64,000 nt of DNA from Selaginella moellendorffii. Lineage: Eukaryota; Plantae; Lycopodiophyta. The DNA lies in NCBI RefSeq assembly GCF_000143415.4, contig NW_003314306.1, positions 996,815 through 1,060,814 of the forward strand, read 5' to 3'. Shown here in pieces: positions 1-11,607 of the stretch. Within the stretch, counting starts at the first letter, position 1, and every line of letters begins with the position of its first letter. Made by a program: the position numbers and the translations under genes. Below the pieces are notes generated by a model. That model made no database searches and was not told where the DNA came from. It saw only the letters and a program-made list of their open reading frames with translations.

Positions 1-286
1 CTGGAAGAGGTGACTACCTGAGAGAAAGTAAAAATCTTATCAACTTTTAGTTTGTTTCCTGCGAGGTCAAGACCAAAAATAATAGGATCCATGATAATTT
101 AATAACTAGCTCGTGCGAAGCGCCGCCTCTGGATCGGAAATCTGCCTCAAATGCTTGGTAAGTTTGATCTGAAACAATCGACGAACCTATGCACCGGATG
201 TAAGCCGAAAGAAGGAAGCACACCGCCATTCCCCTAAACCCTAGCAATTTGAATGGGGGCGGGAGAAACCAAAGCATCATTTTGTA

Positions 287-2149
287 CTACGAGGAAAGCC
301 ACTCCATGTACAAAGATATAAATGCGTGGGCCTTCGTTAGCTCTTGGCACTGATCTAGATCTGAGAATCCAATCCAATGTTAAAAACAGGGTATACAAAA
401 ATTATTACTACAGAAGCTATACCTGTTTCTATGGTACATTCTGGCCAAAGGTCTTGGCAATGTGCGCAGTTATTGCACGTTAATATAAAGAAAGGCTCTG
501 TGAATTCATCTTTGCTTAAAGTCTTTGAAGCAAAACAATAAGTTACCATAAGGAGAGAAAGTTTGTTTTGACACGCCATGGATCCTGTGAGCCATTCAGG
601 AAGATAATTCTAGTGCTGCTTGTTTAAGACCAGAATCAAGCTAGCAAAAGAAAGAACGAATTAATTACCAGAAATATCCCATCCTCCATAGTTCTCTTTT
701 GAAGCTTTGACATCTGGGAATGTCTCGTGGCCAAAACAATTCAGCACAGTAGTGGATGAATTACCTGTTAATTGTAAGAAATACATCTAAGGCACATAAT
801 TTGAAAGAGTAAAACATGAACAAACTTACTAAGGTCTAGCCGAATGCTGTCGTTGGCCGGAGAAACGTGGAAGGCTGCCAATTCTGTGCAAACTTGGTAC
901 GCATAGCTCATAGAGTTTATAGCACCGATATCGTTTGCTTCAGCTCGCCTTTTCAGCTCATTTGCATCGTAAAGTTCAACGGAAGAACGATTCAGGCTCA
1001 GAAGATTGGCAAACGCCCTCTATAAAAAAGCAAAAAAATTGGCCTTTATGAAAGAAAAGTTACCAGAAGGTCTGTTTTGTTCTGAACAGCTTCCAGAAGT
1101 GGAGCACAAAGGTTGTCAGATCTACCATATTGCACCTAGCATAAACAAAATGCTTGTCAACCTTTGTATAAATTCTCACGATGTTTACTTACAAAACCAG
1201 CTCCAATGTCTGCTATCAGCGATAGAAGTCATCGCCTTTAAGCTGTCAAATGTAGTGTTCACAAGTAAACACGAAGGAACTCCAAAGACAATACCTTTTC
1301 CTCAGAGAACATGGATTTAACGGGTGCTGAATTTGCTACCAGGCCTTCTTCGGCCAGCTTTGTAATCTCCTGTAATTCTTTCTTGCATTCGGGACCAGCA
1401 GAAACTCCAATCTACAAGAGAAACAAAGAAACATGAGCGAGCTTTGGCGTGAGTAAACATACTTGCTCGTCATAATCACTGTATTCCAAGATTGTTTGGA
1501 CCACGGCTGAGCTTCCCAGCTTGCAGCAACCAAGTGCGGGAATTTCAGTACTACGCACTCAAGGCACCTCCCACAACAATCCATGGATTCTTGTCTTGCT
1601 TGTTATATCGTTGAATAATCAAGTTCTGTATAAGAAAACAGAAATCACACGGTAAGATCATCATCCACTTAATGCCTGATAGTTGGAATAAAGCTTGCTG
1701 CGTCGTGAGATACTTAAGATTCTCATAAGTGAAGTTTTGAAGGGAGAACCGTCTCCGTAATACTGACGCTCGACAGTCACGATTGCCCCTTCCAATGATT
1801 TCACAAGAGTTTTCTAATCAAACACTGATGACAAGAAAGATTGGGCCTTGCCGAGGCTGAAAGTAGGAGCTCATAGTATTTCTGAGAAAATACTCTCGAA
1901 TCCTGGATACATCAAGTGTATTACGACAAAAAAATCGGGTTGTATAAATAAGCCCACCTCTTGGAACTTTTTGATGCAGGAAGAATGAAATCGTCTCGTT
2001 CGTGTTAGTAGATCACCGGAGGAGAACTGGTGTTCGTGAAGTGAATTTCTACATGTGTAAAAGGTTATTATTAGTAAAATATCTCCAGCCCGAGTCGCTG
2101 CAGCAGCCAAGAAAAAGAAGAAACATGCCAAAACTGGAAAACTCGCCAT
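287..2149 (-). pseudogene. Decayed serine carboxypeptidase family S28 (prolyl carboxypeptidase-like) copy
   Basis: Reverse complement is collinear with the intact S28 gene at 51660-53695 (signal peptide MASFPVLACFFFFLAAA, NPWIVVGG, FPDV...NYGG.DI, NGSQDPW, TCNNCAHCQDL). The catalytic GGSYAG is shortened to GGA and several exons are frameshifted. Confidence 0.85.
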
Positions 2150-2223
2150 GATCTCACGTCAAAGAATCTACTGATATTTGAAGCAAGCTTGCCAGAAGGA
2201 CTGCTTTGGAGAAGTTTCCAGTC

Positions 2224-4852
2224 AATGCCGGAAACATAAGAGACAACCATTGTTAAGACGAACGGCTGTCTCATATGGTTCATACCGAATCTTTTTCTAG
2301 AAGTTGCAATAAACCTTTCGTTGTATACTATGTTTAGGATCTCATCCGCGAGTTACAAGAAAGAAAGAGCTGACTTACCATTTATGATACATCACACCAT
2401 AAGTAATCTACAAAATAATAAAGGTCGAGCTCGAACATTACAAGCATACCTGGTAGCTTCTCTTCCGTGAGTAGATCCAAAATCAAGCCAAAGTAACAGC
2501 ACAGAGAGCAAAGCGTAAGCAGCGAACTAGTATTACTTCGAGCTCCGATCACAGTTAATTGAACCAAGAGTACGAGATAGAGCAAGTACTAACTCGAGAT
2601 CAACTTCTCCGTGAAACCGAGTAATCCATGAGCATACACTCATGCCTGCCGCCGGAGACACGACGAAGTCTGCCTCGCACTGAAACGGCAGCATTTGCTT
2701 GATCCACTCGGCTTCCCGCACCTTTAAGGGGATCCGGCCTGGTTACGAGTATGTTCTTGAGCAGGCCCCTCACCTCCCTTGACGGGTAACCGAAGTTGCC
2801 ATCAAGGCCATAGCATGTCAGCTGGAGATCACTCTTATCCTCCTCCTGATCCCACAAAAGCCAAGACTTTGTGTCCGCAACTGCTTGCTCCTTGCATTGA
2901 CATACACGGTAACCACAGGAAGAACTTTCCACTTGGTGAGCTCGGATGAGACACCGCCCCTCGTCTTCAGGGACACAACGCAGCAAGTCATCCCCTCAGG
3001 AAGAATGAGATCGGCACCACGCATATCGTTTTCCGCTTGATGCCCGATAGCAAGGCCTCCTGCAAAGTATCTCGCTGCAGTATCCGGGACTTCCCGCACG
3101 GCAAAAGAATTGCAGAACAGGGGACCACCACTTTGATCGGATGAAGGTACCAGCTAAGCATAACGCTTCACTTCTTGAACTTGAGCAGGCTAGCAGCTGG
3201 GCGTCGCTGGAAGAGCGACAAACAACCTGTTTTTCATAGTAATACGACGTTCATATGTGACGCTACCATCGGGCAGCGAGGACACACCTGCAGGCCTGTT
3301 GCAGCAGCAAACAATACCATCCCTGGCTCTCTGTCACCTTGCCTTCAATGGCGAACTCATTACTGATTCCCATTTCACCCTATCCTATTCTGGCGGCCCG
3401 CACAGGCCTTCCATACTTCATCCAGGTTGACGAAGAACTATACTCCGCAACGCTCAGGCCCGGCTTGAGCATGTCTAGTTGCAAAGTTAGCAAGAAGTAG
3501 ATCGGAGGCAATAAGCATCTCCCGGTCTTCAAGGCCCTGCTGCTGTTGTCCTCGTCACTCTTTCTTGGCAAAAACTTCGCGATTGTCCAGCATGAGCACA
3601 AAGTAGGCATTCCACGGAAACAAAACTCTGAGCGCCCCGCGGAGCTGAGGTTTCGTTCAGACCCCTTGCCTCGTCAAACACGAAAACGGCTCGCCTGTCC
3701 TCGCCGCACTTTCTCGGCGAGCTGCTGTTGTCCTCGTCGCTCTTTCTCGGCAAAAGCTTCGCGGTTGAGTCCAGCGCAAAGCTGGCATTCCACGGAAACA
3801 AAACTCTGAGCGGGTTTCGTTCAAACCCCCTGCCTCGTCAAACACGAAAACGACTCGAGGATTACATCACGGAACTCTGGTCGTAAATGCGCGGCTGGTG
3901 ATCACCATCCAAGAGCTGTTGCAACTGCTCCAATGTTTTTCCATGATTTCACGCTTATCCTCAATGTGAGTTCTTCCCACTTCTCGCTCACTGCTCGGGC
4001 GATGCCAGAATCGCTGCCAGGCAACTGCTTATCCTTCCACTCCACGGCCGAAGTTCCTTTCTCCAATTCATGGAGCCAGGCATTCACCAGTAGAACACCA
4101 TCTCTAGCTCGGTGAAGCTTTGTGTGCCAGGAATTCAGTCTTAAGTCCTTGGCAGATGAGGAGTCCTTGCCAGGCTGCTGTACACACCTAGCCTGGACAT
4201 CTCCATGACAGACCTTCGAAGCATTCAGCCATCTAAAATAGAGTTTTAGATTAATTATTTTTAATAAAGTTTTTTAAAAAGTAAATTCTTTTGATATTAA
4301 TAATTTTGGATTTTTATTAACAATAAATAAGTATTTTTAATAATAAAGAATAAAGAAAATTAGGAATGCTTGGTTAACATTGTAGCTTTAGGCATTTACA
4401 TAATATTTTTGCTATGTTTTGTTTTTTTTGTTTGTAAAATTAATACAGATTTAAATAAAAATAAGTGTTTTAGTTTATAAATAATAAATTTAAAATTTAA
4501 ATATTTATAGTTGATTATTATTTTATTAACTTGAAATCTAAATTCACATAATCTTTTAGTTTTTAGGCTTTTGAATAGGCCTAAAAGAAACATAGTTTTC
4601 TCTTTTTCAGTGGTATTTTTTAGTCTAAAAACATGTAAACATTAACAGAACATAGATTGAGATACTTTAAAATAAATTTTTATTATTGACTCACTCTTAA
4701 TCACCATTAATCACTATATAGTTACATGGAAATCACCATTCTTTTATATTTGAAATTTTTATAGTTTAAAATCATAATATAGTTTACTTTATTAAATTCT
4801 TCTATTAAATTTCATAAATTAACATTACAATACTAACCACAGTTTTATTAAC
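2224..4852. repeat. Left arm of a ~2.63-kb near-perfect inverted repeat
   Basis: Reverse complement of 5471-8108. Mirrored ORFs in the track (4396-4593 minus = 5730-5927 plus; 3902-4087 minus = 6236-6421 plus; coordinate sum 10323). Only a few SNPs and small indels differ. Confidence 0.97.
2530..4230 (-). pseudogene. Relic of a Crinkler (CR)-type NTPase + PD-(D/E)xK nuclease-like gene (left-arm copy)
   Basis: Fragmented frames contain VFVFDEARGL, LLPPIY, YGRP, MVASHM and GADLILP...CCVVSLK in the order I recall for fungal/oomycete CR NTPase-REase proteins. Many frameshifts. Confidence 0.6.
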
Positions 4853-5125
4853 TTTTAATTTTCTTTTCAACCTTAAACTTTTTCTAAAATACTTAAATTA
4901 AATATACCAATGTAATTTATAAGCATAATTTATAAACACAATTTTGTAGTTTCTGTTAGATGATTTATTTAACTAATCATACCAAAAAGAAAAGAAAATA
5001 TTACATTTTTTTAACTAATATTATGTGTTATTTAAATTTTTTCACAATTGTGATTGTTACATCTATTTTACACTTATTTTTAATTCTTCTATTCACAAAA
5101 CTAACTAATGATCTTTTTAAATGTA
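4232..5125. repeat. AT-rich decayed repeat/TE-like block
   Basis: Abrupt GC-to-AT boundary at ~4232. Copies at 5178-6091 and 45920-46986. Confidence 0.7.
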
Positions 5126-5236
5126 ATGAAACTTAGCTATACATACATACATATATATGTATGTATATGTATGTATATTCAGTACATTTAAAAAGATCAT
5201 TAGTTAGTTTTGTGAATAGAAGAATTAAAAATAAGT
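5072..5236. repeat. Inner palindrome (54-bp arms) around a self-complementary (TACA)/(TA)/(TGTA) microsatellite
   Basis: 5072-5125 is the reverse complement of 5183-5236; the loop contains tatacatacatacatatatatgtatgtatatgtatgtata. Confidence 0.9.
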
Positions 5237-5470
5237 TGTTAATGTTCCCACCCAATGTTCCCTAGAACGTTCAAATTTCACTACACATACTTGTGTAGTG
5301 AGAACACCAACTTGGCCAGTCACATACTCGTCATGTGGCACAACTAAACCACCTGAAAAGAAATGTATGAAAAAATCCATTCAAAAACAAGAAACCAGAA
5401 ATTAACATTCTGTACGCGCTCTTGCATTAATTAGCTTATTTTAATGTTAATTTCTATGAGAAAATTATAT

Positions 5471-8108
5471 GTTAATAAAACTGTGGTTAGTATTGTAATG
5501 TTAATTTATGAAATTTAATAGAAGAATTTAATAAAGTAAACTATATTATGATTTTAAACTATAAAAATTTCAAATATAAAAGAATGGTGATTTCCATGTA
5601 ACTATATAGTGATTAATGGTGATTAAGAGTGAGTCAATAATAAAAATTTATTTTAAAGTATCTCAATCTATGTTCTGTTAATGTTTACATGTTTTCAGAC
5701 TAAAAAATACCACTGAAAAAGAGAAAACTATGTTTCTTTTAGGCCTATTCAAAAGCCTAAAAACTAAAAGATTATGTGAATTTAGATTTCAAGTTAATAA
5801 AATAATAATCAACTATAAATATTTAAATTTTAAATTTATTATTTATAAACTAAAACACTTATTTTTATTTAAATCTGTATTAATTTTACAAACAAAAAAA
5901 ACAAAACATAGCAAAAATATTATGTAAATGCCTAAAGCTACAATGTTAACCAAGCATTCCTAATTTTCTTTATTCTTTATTATTAAAAATACTTATTTAT
6001 TGTTAATAAAAATCCAAAATTATTAATATCAAAAGAATTTACTTTTTAAAAAACTTTATTAAAAATAATTAATCTAAAACTCTATTTTAGATGGCTGAAT
6101 GCTTCGAAGGTCTGTCATGGAGATGTCCAGGCTAGGTGTGTACAGCAGCCTGGCAAGGACTCCTCATCTGCCAAGGACTTAAGACTGAATTCCTGGCACA
6201 CAAAGCTTCACCGAGCTAGAGATGGTGTTCTACTGGTGAATGCCTGGCTCCATGAATTGGAGAAAGGAACTTCGGCCGTGGAGTGGAAGGATAAGCAGTT
6301 GCCTGGCAGCGATTCTGGCATCGCCCGAGCAGTGAGCGAGAAGTGGGAAGAACTCACATTGAGGATAAGCGTGAAATCATGGAAAAACATTGGAGCAGTT
6401 GCAACAGCTCTTGGATGGTGATCACCAGCCGCGCATTTACGACCAGAGTTCCGTGATGTAATCCTCGAGTCGTTTTCGTGTTTGACGAGGCAGGGGGTTT
6501 GAACGAAACCCGCTCAGAGTTTTGTTTCCGTGGAATGCCAGCTTTGCGCTGGACTCAACCGCGAAGCTTTTGCCGAGAAAGAGCGACGAGGACAACAGCA
6601 GCTCGCCGAGAAAGTGCGGCGAGGACAGGCGAGCCGTTTTCGTGTTTGACGAGGCAAGGGGTCTGAACGAAACCTCAGCTCCGCGGGGCGCTCAGAGTTT
6701 TGTTTCCGTGGAATGCCTACTTTGTGCTCATGCTGGACAACCGCGAAGTTTTTGCCAAGAAAGAGTGACGAGGACAACAGCAGCAGGGCCTTGAAGACCG
6801 GGAGATGCTTATTGCCTCCGATCTACTTCTTGCTAACTTTGCAACTAGACATGCTCAAGCCGGGCCTGAGCGTTGCGGAGTATAGTTCTTCGTCAACCTG
6901 GATGAAGTATGGAAGGCCTGTGCGGGCCGCCAGAATAGGATAGGGTGAAATGGGAATCAGTAATCAGTTCGCCATTGAAGGCAAGGTGACAGAGAGCCAG
7001 GGATGGTATTGTTTGCTGCTGCAACAGGCCTGCAGGTGTGTCCTCGCTGCCCGATGGTAGCGTCACATATGAACGTCGTATTACTATGAAAAACAGGTTG
7101 TTTGTCGCTCTTCCAGCGACGCCCAGCTGCTAGCCTGCTCAAGTTCAAGAAGTGAAGCGTTATGCTTAGCTGGTACCTTCATCCGATCAAAGTGGTGGTC
7201 CCCTGTTCTGCAATTCTTTTGCCGTGCGGGAAGTCCCGGATACTGCAGCGAGATACTTTGCAGGAGGCCTTGCTATCGGGCATCAAGCGGAAAACGATAT
7301 GCGTGGTGCCGATCTCATTCTTCCTGAGGGGATGACTTGCTGCGTTGTGTCCCTGAAGACGAGGGGCGGTGTCTCATCCGAGCTCACCAAGTGGAAAGTT
7401 CTTCCTGTGGTTACCGTGTATGTCAATGCAAGGAGCAAGCAGTTGCGGACACAAAGTCTTGGCTTTTGTGGGATCAGGAGGAGGATAAGAGTGATCTCCA
7501 GCTGACATGCTATGGCCTTGATGGCAACTTCGGTTACCCGTCAAGGGAGGTGAGGGGCCTGCTCAAGAACATACTCGTAACCAGGCCGGATCCCCTTAAA
7601 GGTGCGGGAAGCCGAGTGGATCAAGCAAATGCTGCCGTTTCAGTGCGAGGCAGACTTCGTCGTGTCTCCGGCGGCAGGCATGAGTGTATGCTCATGGATT
7701 ACTCGGCTTCACGGAGAAGTTGATCTCTTTAAGTTCGAGTTAGTACTTGCTCTATCTCGTACTCTTGGTTCAATTAACTGTGATCGGAGCTCGAAGTAAT
7801 ACTAGTTCGCTGCTTACGCTTTGCTCTCTGTGCTGTTACTTTGGCTTGATTTTGGATCTACTCACGGAAGAGAAGCTACCAGGTATGCTTAGTAATGTTC
7901 GAGCTCGACCTTTATTATTTTGTAGATTACTTATGGTGTGATGTATCATAAATGGTAAGTCAGCTCTTTCTTTCTTGTAACTCGCGGATGAGATCCTAAA
8001 CATAGTATACAACGAAAGGTTTATTGCAACTTCTAGAAAAAGATTCGGTATGAACCATATGAGACAGCCGTTCGTCTTAACAATGGTTGTCTCTTATGTT
8101 TCCGACAT
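5471..8108. repeat. Right arm of the ~2.63-kb inverted repeat
   Basis: Mirror of 2224-4852. Also a direct, more diverged paralogue of ~46185-49060. Confidence 0.97.
6095..7800 (+). pseudogene. Relic of CR-type NTPase + nuclease-like gene (right-arm copy)
   Basis: Mirror of 2530-4230 with the same motifs, including an internal tandem duplication of the FDEA segment (6470-6790). Confidence 0.6.
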
Positions 8109-8519
8109 TTCCAAAGACAAGCCTAGGGTAGCTTGAAAATTTGGCTGAAGTGTGTGATTTTGGCAGTAGAATCCCGTTTCGATTGATTCCAATCGCCCCC
8201 GAGAGAATTCTCAGCTACCCTAGGCTTGTCTTTGGATCATAGCCTTTCATTTGTCCCATTTTGGTGTCTCTTTCGTTCACTTGCGTGCTAAGGGCTGATT
8301 CATAAGTAGCTAGAGTTCTTTCGATGGCTAGTCTTTAGTGGATTGGTCCTCACTTCTCCATTCTTTTTTTTTGTTGTTTCGCAAAGCTTGCTTGGGCTTG
8401 AGTTCATTGTCTACTTTTTTGTTTCATTGCTGCTAAAGACTTGGTCCGGCTAGAGTTCTCGTCCTTTAAAAGCTTTTTATCTCGAGTCTTCGGGAGTTCT
8501 TACCATACATTCTTTCCAG

Positions 8520-9534
8520 GGATGTTCTGGACGACAAAAGAGCAATCTTGGCATGCCTTGTGTCAAGCGTGTACTCACTCCAGCACGACAGATCGAAAAA
8601 CTACACAGGAACTCCACAAGCTCTCGCTCCTCCCTGGTGGACGTCCTTCAACTACGAGCTCCTCGACGTGATCCTCGGCAATGACAAGCTCCGGATCAAC
8701 GGCGCAGTGTTCGTGTGGAACTACAAAAACCACTGGAAGCCTGCCAGAGCTCCGATGGTGGTCCTGGCGCTCAGAGGCACGGACAGCCTAACCAGCGACT
8801 ACATCGTCGACTTCAAGATCGCCAACCAGGAGCTTTACAAGACAGGCAGGTTCACAGCCGCGTACAACGCTCTCCGAAACGCCGTCGCATGGCATGGCAA
8901 GGACAACGTTTGCATCACGGGGCACTCGCTCGGAGCAGCGGTGGCGCTCTCCGCTGCTCGGATGATGGCATCGCATGGCCAGTTCGTCGAGGCTCATCTC
9001 TTCAATCCGCCATTCTCGTCCTCGACCGCTCCATACAAGTCACTCTTCGGTGCTGAGACTTACAGCAATCTCCAAGAGGTTTACACCGTTGCAAAGGCCG
9101 GGCTCGTCAACTTACTGGTGGATGCCGCAAAGAGAAGGGAGTCCGAGGCAGAGTTTGCGGCACTTGGAAGCTGGTACCCGGACATGTATGTTCATCCCAG
9201 TGATCCGGTATGCTCGGGCTTTCTCGAGCACTTCAAGAACTATCAGTATATGCTACAGGGGAAGTATGCGAGATTGGCGATGCCTCACGAATCCATCCGG
9301 GGCGTGCTCTGCTCCTCCAAAGCGAAGCCGCATCACCTCATCCCCTCGGCAAGGCTTCACGTCCCAGCGGATGAAGGCAAAGCTGCGAGTGCTCGAGACG
9401 CTCATTCTCTTACACAGTGGTGGTCGGATGGAGCAGTCGTTCAGGTGCAATTTGTCAACTTGACAGGTCAAGAACACTTGGATCATCCGCTGCAAATCCC
9501 GTTTGGGGGGATAAGCTACGAAGCTATGGTGTAG
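8520..9534 (+). pseudogene. Class-3 lipase / alpha-beta hydrolase (At4g10955-like), copy 1: exon 2 open, exon 1 deleted
   Basis: ALRGT and GHSLG lipase motifs, HLFNPPF. Splice acceptor at 8519. The ATG exon present in copy 2 (18807-18868) is removed by a ~184-bp deletion at ~8153. First in-frame ATG is at 8755, so an N-truncated product is possible. Confidence 0.75.
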
Positions 9535-10024
9535 TACGCGGCTATGACTTCATGGTACATATTTTCTCTGTGCTCAAAGAACCCACCCGAGAAAAAAGTT
9601 TTTATTTTTCCTGTGCTAAACCAAGGTTTGAAGAGAACGCGGCGTGTTTTCGACGTTCAATCTGACTGGAAGAACGTCACAGGTGGATGTTTACCACGTC
9701 ATGACTTTACAATGAACACTTTCATTGTCTGCTCGAGCCAAAGCCTTCAAAGTACGTTTGCTCGCGTTTGTTTTTGTTAGATGGTTAAAGAGAGAAAAAG
9801 GCCGGATAATGAGGGTTGGCGGTTTCAACTAGAGAAGCACAAGCCCAGTGAGGACAGATAGTGGGAATAACTTCAGAAAGAAGAAGCTGAGCTTCCCGAA
9901 AATGAGATTTTTTCGTCACTCTTTAGGTTATGAGAAGGGTTTACTCGTGGTAATCTTGTCAGTTCCTTTTGGGGCTCATCCTTTTGCAGTACTATAAGGT
10001 ACTCTTCTAGGGATTGCCCTTGTG

Positions 10025-11260
10025 ATGAAGAAACAAGCGCCTGTGTTGCTGCAAGACGACACTTTGGAGACGGTTCTCAGCTATGTGGACCTGGCCACAC
10101 TAGCGACCTCATGCTCCGCCGTTTGCAAGTCATGGAACGCCATCATCGGCGATCCATCCTTTCGCCGCCGCTGGTGCCAAAACAGTGGCCACAAGGAATC
10201 CTTGCGGCTTATGACTAGCTCCTTCGACTACGGCGAGCGTTGCCACGCCTGGGATCCATCACGGCCCCAACGCAGCGTGGAGTTTCCGTTGCCCCACAAA
10301 ACGGAAGAATTTCCTAACGCTCAAGTGGTTGCTTCCGCGGGTGGCCTGGTATGCGTCTTCAGGACGCACAGGGGCATGGTTGATCCTGCTGATGATGTGT
10401 TTCACCTGGTGGTGGGGAATCCAGTGACCCAAGAGTGGAGCGAACTACCACCGCTCCATTGGGAGGACAGAGAAAGATGCACTTTAGCGGGAGTGATCGA
10501 CTTTGCCATGTTCGTCGACAAGAATGGCTTCAAAGTCGGTCTGCACTACACCGCTGTCGACTTCTCAGGCCACTGGTGCTGCATCTACGACTCGGCAACG
10601 CGCTCCTGGTCTTCTCTCCCCAAGCTCCCGTTCTCGCCAGCCTACGTCAAAATGAAGGCGCAGCGGCTTTCAGATTACAGCATGGACGTGGCACCCCCTG
10701 CTGTATTCCCAGGCTTGGACGATTACTTCTACGATCTCACCATCCTGGGATTTTACGACTTTGGCCGCGCCAGGTGGAGCACCGGGGAAGTCGTGCGCAG
10801 CCTGAGGATTACAACAGGCCTGGAAGACAAGGTTGACCCGGATGGAGAGATCCTGCGCTGCGTCTTGCCGCTCCCGGGACTGTGCACCGCGAGGCTGTGG
10901 GAGTACAATGGCCAGCGATACTTGGCAAGTGGCTGGGTGTATGCGGGAGGCTACCGCGAGGCAGGGGAGTCCGGAGTTGATGGCTATGGCGTGTGGAAGG
11001 TTGACGACAAGGGTGGCTTGGTTGCCGTCTCTGCAAAGACCCATAAATCGATCCTTCGTCAAGTGTACGCTGGGCAGCGCTTTTTCGGAGCGGTTTTCCG
11101 TTGTTCTGTTCATGCAGAGGCCAATCTGGTGATCTTTTCAGAGATAGGGATCATGTTTGTTTACGACTTGAGCACAGGGGATTGGGGCGGAGTAGGGGGG
11201 CACGTAGATGAATATTCACAAGCAGTGATTTTTCGCCCGTCCCTCAGGGCACCTAGATGA
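10025..11260 (+). CDS. F-box protein (N-terminal F-box, C-terminal kelch/FBA-like beta domain), single exon, ~411 aa
   Basis: LQDDTLETVLSYV...VCKSWNAIIGDPSF F-box, followed by VVASAGGLVC, VGNPVTQEWSELPP and IYDSATRSWS motifs typical of plant F-box/kelch-like proteins. Confidence 0.9.
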   Translation: MKKQAPVLLQDDTLETVLSYVDLATLATSCSAVCKSWNAIIGDPSFRRRWCQNSGHKESLRLMTSSFDYGERCHAWDPSRPQRSVEFPLPHKTEEFPNAQVVASAGGLVCVFRTHRGMVDPADDVFHLVVGNPVTQEWSELPPLHWEDRERCTLAGVIDFAMFVDKNGFKVGLHYTAVDFSGHWCCIYDSATRSWSSLPKLPFSPAYVKMKAQRLSDYSMDVAPPAVFPGLDDYFYDLTILGFYDFGRARWSTGEVVRSLRITTGLEDKVDPDGEILRCVLPLPGLCTARLWEYNGQRYLASGWVYAGGYREAGESGVDGYGVWKVDDKGGLVAVSAKTHKSILRQVYAGQRFFGAVFRCSVHAEANLVIFSEIGIMFVYDLSTGDWGGVGGHVDEYSQAVIFRPSLRAPR

Positions 11261-11607
11261 TCCAGAAAGGAGGATGAACGCCACACAAACAGGTATTGTT
11301 AATCCTGAGCTAGTCTGTAAGTTAACGAGACTTCCTGGGCTGGCAGGAACACACACACCTGTTTGGAGCATTAGCGAAGTCTGTCTATTATTCAAGAATT
11401 ATACACATTATGTACATATAAGATTTTGAGATTCTATGTACATAGAAGATTTTGCCTCCCAGAGGATTGCTACTCAACAGTACGGTAGACATATTCATGA
11501 TGGGGATGAAAGTCTACTCTTCAAATCAATCAATGCCTCGTGATCCGCTGGTACGCTGCACCATTCCTGGGCCATATTCGTAGGTCGGATTCGCCGCGCC
11601 GAAGATC

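Larger units (their letters stand above)
8134..11308 (+). repeat. Segmental duplication unit (lipase + F-box), copy 1
   Basis: Near-identical to 18729-22053, where copy 2 runs into an N-gap. Confidence 0.95.
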
